DNA of 32,243 bases from Candidatus Eiseniibacteriota bacterium (GTDB lineage Bacteria > Eisenbacteria > RBG-16-71-46 > DASYSL01), in assembly GCA_031431875.1 (NCBI GenBank), contig JANPEF010000012.1:1-32243 (forward strand). The letters run 5' to 3'. The notes under the pieces were generated by a model. It saw only the letters and a list, made by a program, of their open reading frames with translations, did no database searches and was not told the origin of the DNA. The position numbers and the translations under genes were made by a program. The stretch's first letter is position 1; every line of letters begins with the position of its first letter. Below, in pieces: positions 10,030 to 18,690 of the stretch.

Positions 10030-10691
10030 AGCTCGCATGGGCGAGCCTGCTCGTCGCCGCACTGGCGACCACGCAGCCGCTGCCGTCCGCGCTCCCGCTC
10101 TCCACCGCCGGACCCGACAGCTTCCTCGTCGAGTTCACGACGACGAAGGGGCCGTTCACGGTGAAGGCGCATCGCGCGTGGTCGCCGCTGGGCGCCGACC
10201 GGCTCTATCACCTGGCGCGCGGCGCGTACTACGACGGCGTCGTCATCTACCGCGTCGGGCCGACGGCGAGCTACAAGGGCGGGTTCGTCGTCCAGTTCGG
10301 GATCGGCAACGATTCGACGGCGAACCGCGCGTGGGAGCAGGCGGGGATCGACGACGAGCCGGTCCGCGTGCCGCACGGGCGAGGGAAGATCTACTTCGCA
10401 CGCGGAGGCCCGAAGACGCGCTCGATCGAGTTGGCGCTCGACCTCACGGCGAACAGCCCGCTCGACACGGTGCGTTACGAGGGCGTCGTGGGCTTCCCGC
10501 CGGTCGGCGAGGTCGTCGCGGGGATCGCCGCACTCGATTCGTTGAACCGGCAGTACGGGAACGAAGTGTTCGCGCAGTGGGACTCGGTGGCCCTGTACGG
10601 CCGCACGTTCCTGGATCGCGCGTTTCCGGGGCTCGACCGGATCGAACGGGCGCGGGTCGTGAGGGAATGGGGCGGGAAGGCGGAGCGGTGA
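10026..10691 (+). CDS. Secreted cyclophilin-type peptidyl-prolyl isomerase
   Basis: Signal peptide, FTTTKGPF, WSPLGADR, YYDG..IYRV, FVVQFGI, GFPPVGEVV. Confidence 0.8.
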   Translation: MKLAWASLLVAALATTQPLPSALPLSTAGPDSFLVEFTTTKGPFTVKAHRAWSPLGADRLYHLARGAYYDGVVIYRVGPTASYKGGFVVQFGIGNDSTANRAWEQAGIDDEPVRVPHGRGKIYFARGGPKTRSIELALDLTANSPLDTVRYEGVVGFPPVGEVVAGIAALDSLNRQYGNEVFAQWDSVALYGRTFLDRAFPGLDRIERARVVREWGGKAER

Positions 10692-10719
10692 GGTCGACTT
10701 GCTGCGTAGCAAGTCGATC
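10692..10719. repeat. 28-bp palindrome P1 (11-6-11)
   Basis: GGTCGACTTGC-TGCGTA-GCAAGTCGATC, directly after the cyclophilin stop codon. Confidence 0.85.
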
Positions 10720-10742
10720 GGGCATTCGGGGCTGAGGAGAGC

Positions 10743-10949
10743 ATGGGATCGACCGTCGTCACGGCATTCACGATCGCCGGCGGACTCGGGATCGTGCTCA
10801 TCGGCCTCGGTCTCGGCCTCAAGATCCGGCCGCTCGTCTGGGCCGGCGGCTCGCTGCTGCTCTCGGCGATCGGGGCGTGGATCCTCGGGCCGTACGGCCT
10901 GTTTCTCGGATTGATCGTCGTGCCGTTCGGGCGCTCGCGCCGCGGGTGA
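10743..10949 (+). CDS. Small hydrophobic membrane protein (68 aa)
   Basis: GAGGAG RBS, 2-3 hydrophobic segments, basic C-terminus. Confidence 0.65.
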   Translation: MGSTVVTAFTIAGGLGIVLIGLGLGLKIRPLVWAGGSLLLSAIGAWILGPYGLFLGLIVVPFGRSRRG

Positions 10950-10992
10950 GCGGCCGGTTCCGGGCCGCCCACGCATCGAGTATCCTCCGGGC

Positions 10993-13242
10993 ATGATCGG
11001 TCGCACGCTCTCCCATTATCGGATTCTCGAGGCCCTCGGCGCCGGCGGCATGGGCGAGGTCTATCGCGCGCATGACGAGCATCTCGATCGCGATGTCGCG
11101 GTCAAGGTGCTGCTCAAGGGCGCGCTGGTCGATCCGACGTCGCGCGACCGGTTCCGCCGCGAGGCGCACGCGCTGTCGCGGCTGTCGCACCCGGGCGTCG
11201 CGACGATCTTCGACTTCGACACGCAGGACGACGTCGACTTCCTGGTCATGGAGTTCGTCCCGGGCGGCACGCTCGAGGCGCGGCTGCGTGCCGGGCGACT
11301 CGAGGTCGACGAGGTGCTGCGGCTCGGCGCGGACGTCGCCGCGGCGCTCGCCGATGCGCACGCACGCGGCATCCTGCACCGCGATCTCAAGCCCGGGAAC
11401 ATCGTGCTCACCGCATCGGGAACGCCCAAGCTCCTCGACTTCGGGCTGGCCGCACTCCTGCACTCCCCGCACACGCACCAGGCGCTGACCCGGGAGGGCG
11501 AGACGTTCGGCTCGCTGCCGTACATGGCGCCGGAGCAGATCCGCGGCGAGGCGAGCGACGCGCGCACCGACGTCTGGGCGCTCGGCGTCCTGCTGTACGA
11601 GATGCTCGCGGGGCGGCGACCGTTCGACCAGGGGCAGCCGGCGCCGCTCATGCACGAGATCCTGGGCGGCATGCCGCCCTCGCTTCGCGCGTTGCGGCCC
11701 GATGTGCCACCGGCGCTCGAGCGGCTGGTGATGAGCTGCCTCACGCGCAGCGCCGGTTTGCGTCCGGGCTCGGCGGGGGCGGTGGGGCTGGAACTGCGGT
11801 CGATCCGCGAGGCTGGTCGGCTGGGCTCGTCGTCGGGCGCCGAGTCGGGTGCCCCGCAGAAGATTCGCTCGCTCGCGGTTCTGCCCCTCGACAACGTCTC
11901 GCGCGATCCCGCGCAGGAGTATTTCGCCGACGGGATGACCGAGGCGCTGATCTCGGACCTGGCCGGAATCGGGGCCCTGCGGGTCATCTCACGGACCTCG
12001 GTGATGAAGTACAAGGGGACGGCCAAGTCATTGCCGGACATCGCACAGGAGTTGTCGGTGGATGCGATTTTGGAAGGCTCGGCCCTGCTCCTGGGGAACC
12101 GGGTCCGGATCAGTGTCCGCCTCGTCGAGGCGCGCACGGACGAGACGATCTGGTCCGACCGCTATGACGACCAGCTCGAGGACGTGCTCGACCTGCAGAG
12201 CCGCGTCGCCGCCGCGGTGGCGAAGAAGATCGCGATCCAGCTCACGCCGCGGGAGGCGACGCGCCTTGCGCGGCAGCGCCCGGTGAATCCCGCGGCGCAC
12301 CTCGAGCTCATGCGCGGTCGCCACGAGCAGGAGGCGACGTCGCCGCAGGCGATCGAGCTCGCGCTCCGGCACTTCCAGCGCGCGCTCGAGCTCGACCCGG
12401 AACTGGCCGGTGCGTGGCAGGGGATCGCGTCGTGCCATGTCACGCGGGCGCAGCGGGGGATGGCGCCGCCGGCGGAGGCGCTGGCCGAAGCGGAGAGCGC
12501 GGCTCGTCGGGCGCTGGCGCTCGACCCCGAGGGATCCGCCGCACACGTGATCCTTGCCGGGTTGCGCTTCCGCGAGATGGACATGCCCGGCGCGATCGCG
12601 GAGTTCCACCGGGCGATCGAGGTCGAGCCGGGAAACTCCAATCCCTACATCGGCCTCAGCCGCGCCTGCATGTGCTCCGAACGCCACGCCGAAGCCGAGG
12701 CTTCCGTGTTCAAGGCGATCAGCCTCAACCCTCTGTCGATGATCGACCACACCTGCGTCGGCGACGTCCACTACTACGCCCGCCGGTTCGAAGACTCGCT
12801 CGTCTACTACCAGAAGGCGATCGAGCTCGATCCGCGTTTTGACGGCGCGCACACGGACTACGCGCGATCGCTCGAGGCCGTCGGCCGCTTCGACGAGGCG
12901 CGCGCGGAGTACCTGGAGGGCCTGCGGCTCGCCGGTGGCGTGGCCGGCCCCAACTTCGGGATCGCGCACCTCGAGGCGAGCACCGGCAATGTCGTCGAGG
13001 CCCGGCGTATCCTCGCGGAGTTGACGGCGGCACGCAGTACGCGCGTCGTCTCGGCGTGGGGGATCGGTGCATTGCACGCGAGCCTGGGGGACGTCGACGA
13101 GGCGTTCCGCTGGCTCGACATCGCGGTCGAGGAAAAGGCGACGGGGCTCCTCTTCCTGCGCGTCCATCCGCGGATCGACGCGCTGCGCGGGGATCCGCGC
13201 TACGATGCGATGCTGAAGCGCGTGGGTCTGGATCGGGTCTGA
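10993..13242 (+). CDS. Hanks-type Ser/Thr kinase with TolB_N-like domain and TPR repeats
   Basis: LGAGGMGEVY, VAVK, HRDLKPGN, DFGLA, YMAPEQ, then SLAVLPL...QEYFADGMTE and TPR helices. Confidence 0.93.
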   Translation: MIGRTLSHYRILEALGAGGMGEVYRAHDEHLDRDVAVKVLLKGALVDPTSRDRFRREAHALSRLSHPGVATIFDFDTQDDVDFLVMEFVPGGTLEARLRAGRLEVDEVLRLGADVAAALADAHARGILHRDLKPGNIVLTASGTPKLLDFGLAALLHSPHTHQALTREGETFGSLPYMAPEQIRGEASDARTDVWALGVLLYEMLAGRRPFDQGQPAPLMHEILGGMPPSLRALRPDVPPALERLVMSCLTRSAGLRPGSAGAVGLELRSIREAGRLGSSSGAESGAPQKIRSLAVLPLDNVSRDPAQEYFADGMTEALISDLAGIGALRVISRTSVMKYKGTAKSLPDIAQELSVDAILEGSALLLGNRVRISVRLVEARTDETIWSDRYDDQLEDVLDLQSRVAAAVAKKIAIQLTPREATRLARQRPVNPAAHLELMRGRHEQEATSPQAIELALRHFQRALELDPELAGAWQGIASCHVTRAQRGMAPPAEALAEAESAARRALALDPEGSAAHVILAGLRFREMDMPGAIAEFHRAIEVEPGNSNPYIGLSRACMCSERHAEAEASVFKAISLNPLSMIDHTCVGDVHYYARRFEDSLVYYQKAIELDPRFDGAHTDYARSLEAVGRFDEARAEYLEGLRLAGGVAGPNFGIAHLEASTGNVVEARRILAELTAARSTRVVSAWGIGALHASLGDVDEAFRWLDIAVEEKATGLLFLRVHPRIDALRGDPRYDAMLKRVGLDRV

Positions 13243-13278
13243 ACCGCGTGGCCCGTGGGCCCGCAAAAGGAGGCACCC

Positions 13279-13743
13279 ATGTCACGGAAGCTCGTCGCGA
13301 CGTCTGCCGTCGCGCTCGTCGCCGTTCTCGCACTCGGATGCGCCGGGGAGCACTCGAAGGACACGCCGCTACCGGGGCCGGGGGCGTCGTCGACCCCGGC
13401 CACGATGGTGCCGCTCGCCGGCGCCGAGTGGGTCGTCGTCGACATCGCCCAGACGCCGATCGTCGAGAACTCAAGCGTCACGATCTCGTTCGGCGCCGAC
13501 GGCCGCGTCTCGGGGAACTCGACCTGCAATAGCTTCAGCGGACCCTACGAGGCCGCGGGCGACAGCCTGCACATCGGCCCGACGATGGGCACGCTCCGCG
13601 CCTGCATCGAGACGTCGTTCATGGAGCAGGAGACGCGATTCCTCGCGCTGTTCGGCGAGGTGCGTGCGTTCACGATCACCCCCGACACCTCGCTCGTCCT
13701 GCGCACCGCCGACGGGCGGACGATCACGGCCCGTCGTGGCTGA
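13279..13743 (+). CDS. META-domain (HslJ-like) lipoprotein
   Basis: AAGGAGG RBS, lipobox LALGC, GRVSGNSTCNSFSGPY, TLRAC, MEQETRFL. Confidence 0.88.
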   Translation: MSRKLVATSAVALVAVLALGCAGEHSKDTPLPGPGASSTPATMVPLAGAEWVVVDIAQTPIVENSSVTISFGADGRVSGNSTCNSFSGPYEAAGDSLHIGPTMGTLRACIETSFMEQETRFLALFGEVRAFTITPDTSLVLRTADGRTITARRG

Positions 13744-14251
13744 GCGCCCGCCGTACGTGACGATGGTCGAGACGCTGCTCCTGCGGGAGCTGCGGGCGGT
13801 GCGGCACGAGATCGAGGCCTATCCGGACGACGCCTCTCCGTGGATCGAGGTTCCCGGGATGCCGAACACCGGGGGCAACTTGGCACTCCACGTCGCGGGG
13901 AACCTCCGCCTGTTCGTCGGGAAGCACCTGGGTGGGATCGACTATGCCCGCGACCGCGACGCCGAGTTTGCCCGGCGCTCCGGATCGCGGGCGGAGCTAC
14001 TTGCCGGCATCGATGCCGCGCTCGACGTTGTCGCGCGCGGCCTCGCCCTCGCACCGTCGGACCTGCTCGCCGGCCCCTACCCCGAGGTGTTCGGCGAGCG
14101 GCGAATCGCGACCGAGATGTTCCTCGGCCACCTCGTCGCCCATCTCGCGTTCCACCTCGGGCAGCTCGACTATCACCGGCGCGCGGTCACCGGCGATCGC
14201 GCCGGCGCAGGTGCGGTGTCGCTCGGCGAGTTGCCGGCGATCGATGCTTAG
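13736..14251 (+). CDS. DinB/DUF1572-like protein
   Basis: NTGGNLALHVAGNL, YARDRDAEF, HLAFHLGQLDYHRR (His triad). Start approximate. Confidence 0.82.
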   Translation: MAERPPYVTMVETLLLRELRAVRHEIEAYPDDASPWIEVPGMPNTGGNLALHVAGNLRLFVGKHLGGIDYARDRDAEFARRSGSRAELLAGIDAALDVVARGLALAPSDLLAGPYPEVFGERRIATEMFLGHLVAHLAFHLGQLDYHRRAVTGDRAGAGAVSLGELPAIDA

Positions 14252-14402
14252 GCTGGCGATGTTCATCGGCGCCTCGATCGGCGGCGCTGTCGGCTGGTGG
14301 CTCGGCGCGTTCGTCGGCACGATGACGGCGTTCTTCCTCAGTGTCGTGGGCACCGCGCTCGGCGTGTACTTCGCTCGCCGCTGGGCGCGACCGTACCTGT
14401 AG
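14244..14402 (+). CDS. Small Gly-rich two-helix membrane protein (52 aa)
   Basis: MLRLAMFIGASIGGAVGWWLGAFVG...GVYFARRWARPYL. Overlaps the upstream stop and fills an operon gap. Confidence 0.7.
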   Translation: MLRLAMFIGASIGGAVGWWLGAFVGTMTAFFLSVVGTALGVYFARRWARPYL

Positions 14403-14413
14403 GGGAGCGCTCG

Positions 14414-14638
14414 ATGACCGCTCGTGACCTTCGCACTCTGGCGCTCGATCTTCCGGACGCGATCGAGAGCGCCCACATGGGCCATCCGGACTTCCGCGTC
14501 GGCGGGAAGATCTTCGCCACGCTCGGCCCGGACGAGGCGTACGGTGTCGTCCTGCTGACGCCCGAAGTGCGGCGCGCACTGCTCGAGGCGTGGCGGTTGC
14601 GGGCGCCGAAGGGCCTGATCGCGGGAGGTGGCAGTTGA
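14414..14638 (+). pseudogene. MmcQ/YjbR-family protein, apparently internally deleted (74 aa)
   Basis: The N-terminal half ESAHMGHPDFRVGGKIFATL..LTPE joins directly to the C-terminal helix RRALLEAWRLRAPK. The usual middle segment is missing. Confidence 0.6.
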
Positions 14639-15192
14639 CCGACCAGGAACTCACCCCGGCGCAGCGCGCGCTCGTGACCATGTGGGAGCGGCACATGGCG
14701 GCCGAGTTCGAGGAGCAGAGCGTCGAGGCGACGATGGCCACGATGTCCGCCGAGCCGACGGTGAACCACGTGCCGGTGATGACCGGCGGCGTGGGCGCCG
14801 CCGAGGTGCGCAGCTTCTACGGGAACGCGTTCCTCTCGCGCCACCCGCCTGACGTGACGATCACGCCCGGCCCGCGCACGGTGGGGGCGACGCGCATCGT
14901 CGACGAGCTGATCTACACGTTCACGCATACCATCGAGATGCCGTGGATGCTCCCCGGCGTCGCACCGACGGGACGCCGCGCCGAGGTCGCGCTCGTCGTC
15001 GTCGTCGAGTTCGAGGCCGGCAGGGTGTCCGCGGAGCGCATCTACTGGGACCAGGCGACGGTCCTCGCGCAGCTCGGACTGATCGACGGCGCCGCGCTGC
15101 CCGTCGCGGGCGCGGAGGCGGCCCGCAAGGTCCGCGATGTGCGGAGCGAGCCGTCGAATCGATTGATCGAACGCACAGGAGGCAAGCCTTGA
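14635..15192 (+). CDS. SnoaL-like/NTF2-fold ester cyclase family protein
   Basis: TTG after GGAGG with TTGA overlap. WERHMAAEF, VNHVPVMTGGVG, FTHTIEMPWMLPGVAPTGR, ERIYWDQATVL. Confidence 0.85.
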   Translation: MTDQELTPAQRALVTMWERHMAAEFEEQSVEATMATMSAEPTVNHVPVMTGGVGAAEVRSFYGNAFLSRHPPDVTITPGPRTVGATRIVDELIYTFTHTIEMPWMLPGVAPTGRRAEVALVVVVEFEAGRVSAERIYWDQATVLAQLGLIDGAALPVAGAEAARKVRDVRSEPSNRLIERTGGKP

Positions 15193-15866
15193 CCGAAGAC
15201 CGCTGGAACGCCGTCGACACCTACCTCACCGACCTGCTCGTCATGCCGGATCCCGCGCTCGCATCGGCGCTCGCGGCCAGCGAGGCCGCGGGGCTGCCCG
15301 CGATCGCCGTGTCGGCGCCGCAGGGAAAGATGCTGCACCTGTTCGCGCGCATGCTGGGCGCGACGCGCATCCTCGAGATCGGCACCCTCGGCGGCTACAG
15401 TGCGATCTGGATGGCGCGCGGGCTGGCGCCGGGCGGGAAGCTCGTCACGCTCGAGGCCGACCCGAAGCACGCCGAGGTGGCGCGCGGCAACCTGGCGCGC
15501 GCCGGGCTGGCCGACCGCTCCGAGGTCGTGCTGGGCAAGGCGCTCGACACGCTGCCCCAGGTCGACGCGCGCCGCGACGCGCCGTTCGACCTCGTCTTCA
15601 TCGACGCCGACAAGGCGAACATCCCCGGCTACTTCGCGAAGTCGCTGGCCATGACCCGTCGCGGCGGGCTGATCGTGGTCGACAACGTGATCCGCAGCGG
15701 TGCCGTGATCGACGCCGACGGCGATGACGCGGTGAAGGGCGTGCGCGCGTTCAACGACCTGGTCGCGCGCGAGCCACGCGTCACGGCGACGGCGATCCAG
15801 ACCGTCGGCGCGAAGGGCTACGACGGCTTCGCGATGGTCCTCGTCATCGGAGACACTTCCGGCTAG
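15189..15866 (+). CDS. SAM-dependent O-methyltransferase (caffeoyl-CoA OMT-like)
   Basis: ILEIGTLGGYS, FDLVFIDADK, VVDNV, KGYDGF. TTGA overlap. Confidence 0.92.
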   Translation: MTEDRWNAVDTYLTDLLVMPDPALASALAASEAAGLPAIAVSAPQGKMLHLFARMLGATRILEIGTLGGYSAIWMARGLAPGGKLVTLEADPKHAEVARGNLARAGLADRSEVVLGKALDTLPQVDARRDAPFDLVFIDADKANIPGYFAKSLAMTRRGGLIVVDNVIRSGAVIDADGDDAVKGVRAFNDLVAREPRVTATAIQTVGAKGYDGFAMVLVIGDTSG

Positions 15867-15878
15867 ACTGCGACGCTC

Positions 15879-18182
15879 ATGGCACGATTCGTTCCCGGCT
15901 CATCCCTCGGTCCGTACGCGATCGTCGCGCCACTCGGCGCGGGCGGCATGGGCGAGGTGTATCGCGCGCGCGACCCACGCCTGGGGCGTGACGTCGCGAT
16001 CAAGCTGCTGCCGGCGGACGTGGCGGCGCACCCCGAGCGGCTGGCCCGCTTCGAGCGCGAGGCGAAGACCGTCGCCGCGCTCAACCATCCGAACATCGTC
16101 ACCATCCATTCGATCGAGGAAGCCGACGGTGTCCGCTTTCTCACCATGGAGCTGGTCGACGGCGAGACGCTCGACCGCGCCGCGGCTGCGAGCCCCGGGG
16201 TGCCGCAGGCGCTCGACTGGGCGATCGCGCTCGCCGACGCGCTGTCGGCCGCGCACGATCGGGGCATTGTTCATCGGGACCTCAAGCCCGCGAACGTGAT
16301 GGTCACGCGCGACGGGCGTCTCAAGGTGCTCGACTTCGGGCTGGCCAAGCTCGACGAGCGCGGTGCGCCCGACACCCTGCAGACGATGGACGCGCCCATC
16401 TCGACCGCCGGTGTAGCCATGGGCACCTTGCCGTACATGGCGCCCGAGCAGGTACGCGGCGAAGCCGTCGATGCGCGTGCGGACCTGTTTTCGTTCGGCA
16501 TCCTGCTCTACGAACTGGTCACGGGGCGCCGCCCGTTCGCGGGCAAGACCTGGGCCGACGTGAGCTCGTCGATCCTGCGCGATGTGCCACCGCCGATCCT
16601 GGGCGTCCGCGGCGACCTGCCGCGGGACCTCGAGCGCATCGTCACGCGCTGCCTCGACAAGGATCGCGAGCGGAGATTCCAGACCGCGCGCGACGTGCGC
16701 AACGAGCTCGAGCTGGTGCGGCACGGGCTCGCACCCGGCGACTCGGCCTCGTCGGCCGGCGTGCCGGCGCGGACGAAGGAAGTGCCGTCCGTCGCCGTGC
16801 TGCCGTTCGCCAACCGCAGCGCCAGCGCCGACGACGAGTACTTCTCCGACGGCCTGGCCGACGAGCTCCTGAACGTGCTGGCGAAGATCCGTGGCCTGCG
16901 GGTCGCCGCGCGCACGTCGTCGTCGACGTTCAAGGGGAAGTCCGTCCCGATCGCCGAGGTGGGCCAGGCGCTCGGCGTCGCCACCGTGCTCGAGGGCAGC
17001 GTCCGCAAGTCGGGGAACCGCGTGCGCATCGCCGTCCAGCTCGTAGGCGTGGCCGACGGATTCCCGTTGTGGTCCGAGACGTACGACCGCACGCTCGACG
17101 ACGTGTTCGCCGTGCAGGACGACATCGCGCAGGCCGTGGTGAAGGAACTGCGGCAGCGGCTTCTCGGAGAGGCCCCCGACTCCGATGCAAGCCGCGAGGT
17201 GAAGGCCGAGGTGGCGGCCGCAGGCCGGGGGCGCAGCTCGAATCCCGAGGCGCTGCGGCTCTACCTACAGGGGCGGCACATGCTCGACCGCCTCAACCAG
17301 GAGGACGTCGCGAACGGGCTCGCGCTCGTCCACCGGGCGATCGAGCTCGATCCCTCGTTCGCGCTCGCCTGGGTCGCGGTCGCGATCGGAAACATCTATC
17401 GCGGGGGCTGGGCTTGGGCTCCCGTCGTCGAAGCCTACGAAACGGCGCGGAAGGCGGCAGATCATGCGCTCACGCTCGAGCCGGAACTGCCCGAGGCGCT
17501 GGAGGCGCGGGGCCGCATCGAGGCGTACTTCGATCGCGACTTCCCCCGCGCCCGCACGTCGATCGACCGCGCTCTCGCGCTGGCGCCCGGGAGCCCCGAT
17601 GCGCTCCTGGCGTCGGGCGCCCTCGCCCTGTTCGAGGGCAGGATCGAGGAATCGATCCGGCAGCTCGAGCACATGCTCGAGATCGATCCCCTGAGCACGA
17701 TCGCCTACGGATTCTACGGATTCGCACTGCGCGCCGCCGGGCGCCTCGTCGAATCCGAGGCGGCCTACCGCCGACGGCTCGAGTTGAACCCGCACGGAGT
17801 GTCGGGGCGGGCCATGCTCGCGCTCGTGCTCACGGAGCAGGGGCGACTGGACGAGGCGATGCTCGAGGCCGCGCGCGAGCCGACGGATTGGTCCCGACTC
17901 ACGGCCGTGGTCGCGATCCATCACGCCGCGGGCCGCCATGCCGAGTCCGCCGCCGCGCTCGCCGAGCTCGAGCGCGACCATGCGACGGACTCTTCGTGGC
18001 AGATCGCCGTTCTCCACGCCTTCCGCGGCGAGACCGATGCCGCGTTCGAGTGCTTGCACCGGGCGATCGCGACTCGCGATTCGGGCCTGACCTACGCGCT
18101 GGCCGAGCCGTACGTCCGCGCGCTCCAGACCGATTCGCGATGGGCAACGTTCCTGCGGAAGCTGCATCCCCAAAGGACCTGA
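15879..18182 (+). CDS. Hanks-type Ser/Thr kinase with TolB_N-like domain and TPR repeats
   Basis: LGAGGMGEVY, VAIK, HRDLKPAN, DFGLAK, YMAPEQ, SVAVLPF...EYFSDGLADE, TPRs. Confidence 0.93.
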   Translation: MARFVPGSSLGPYAIVAPLGAGGMGEVYRARDPRLGRDVAIKLLPADVAAHPERLARFEREAKTVAALNHPNIVTIHSIEEADGVRFLTMELVDGETLDRAAAASPGVPQALDWAIALADALSAAHDRGIVHRDLKPANVMVTRDGRLKVLDFGLAKLDERGAPDTLQTMDAPISTAGVAMGTLPYMAPEQVRGEAVDARADLFSFGILLYELVTGRRPFAGKTWADVSSSILRDVPPPILGVRGDLPRDLERIVTRCLDKDRERRFQTARDVRNELELVRHGLAPGDSASSAGVPARTKEVPSVAVLPFANRSASADDEYFSDGLADELLNVLAKIRGLRVAARTSSSTFKGKSVPIAEVGQALGVATVLEGSVRKSGNRVRIAVQLVGVADGFPLWSETYDRTLDDVFAVQDDIAQAVVKELRQRLLGEAPDSDASREVKAEVAAAGRGRSSNPEALRLYLQGRHMLDRLNQEDVANGLALVHRAIELDPSFALAWVAVAIGNIYRGGWAWAPVVEAYETARKAADHALTLEPELPEALEARGRIEAYFDRDFPRARTSIDRALALAPGSPDALLASGALALFEGRIEESIRQLEHMLEIDPLSTIAYGFYGFALRAAGRLVESEAAYRRRLELNPHGVSGRAMLALVLTEQGRLDEAMLEAAREPTDWSRLTAVVAIHHAAGRHAESAAALAELERDHATDSSWQIAVLHAFRGETDAAFECLHRAIATRDSGLTYALAEPYVRALQTDSRWATFLRKLHPQRT

Positions 18183-18186
18183 TCCC

Positions 18187-18690
18187 ATGCGCCGCACTCG
18201 CTTCTTCGCGCTCTCGTGGATGCTCGGCATCGTCGCCGGGCTCGCCGCGGGCGTGGGCGGGTTCACGTTTCTCTACGCGAAGGGGGGCTCGTACCTGGGC
18301 CACGACTCGGCGGCCTGCGCCAACTGCCACGTCATGAACGAGCAGTACGATGCCTGGCTCAAGTCGAGCCACCGCGCGGTCGCCGAGTGCAACGACTGTC
18401 ACACGCCGCACGAGTTCATCCCCAAGTACGCGGTCAAGGCGCTCAACGGGTTCAATCACTCGCTCGCCTTCACGACCGGGAACTTTCACGAACCGATACG
18501 CATCAAGGGCTTCAACCGTGTCGTGACCGAGGCGTCGTGCCGTCACTGCCACGGCGATATCGTCGCGGCGATGGACGGCGGTGGGCACGGCGCGACCGGC
18601 ACGGACGCGATGTCCTGCGTGCGCTGCCACGGCAAGGTCGGCCATCCGGACCTGACCACGTCCGCATCCAGCCAGGGAGGTCGTCGATGA
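18187..18690 (+). CDS. nrfH: Cytochrome c nitrite reductase small subunit NrfH (tetraheme quinol dehydrogenase)
   Basis: N-terminal TM helix, four heme motifs CANCH, CNDCH, CRHCH, CVRCH, WLKSSH. Directly upstream of nrfA. Confidence 0.93.
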   Translation: MRRTRFFALSWMLGIVAGLAAGVGGFTFLYAKGGSYLGHDSAACANCHVMNEQYDAWLKSSHRAVAECNDCHTPHEFIPKYAVKALNGFNHSLAFTTGNFHEPIRIKGFNRVVTEASCRHCHGDIVAAMDGGGHGATGTDAMSCVRCHGKVGHPDLTTSASSQGGRR

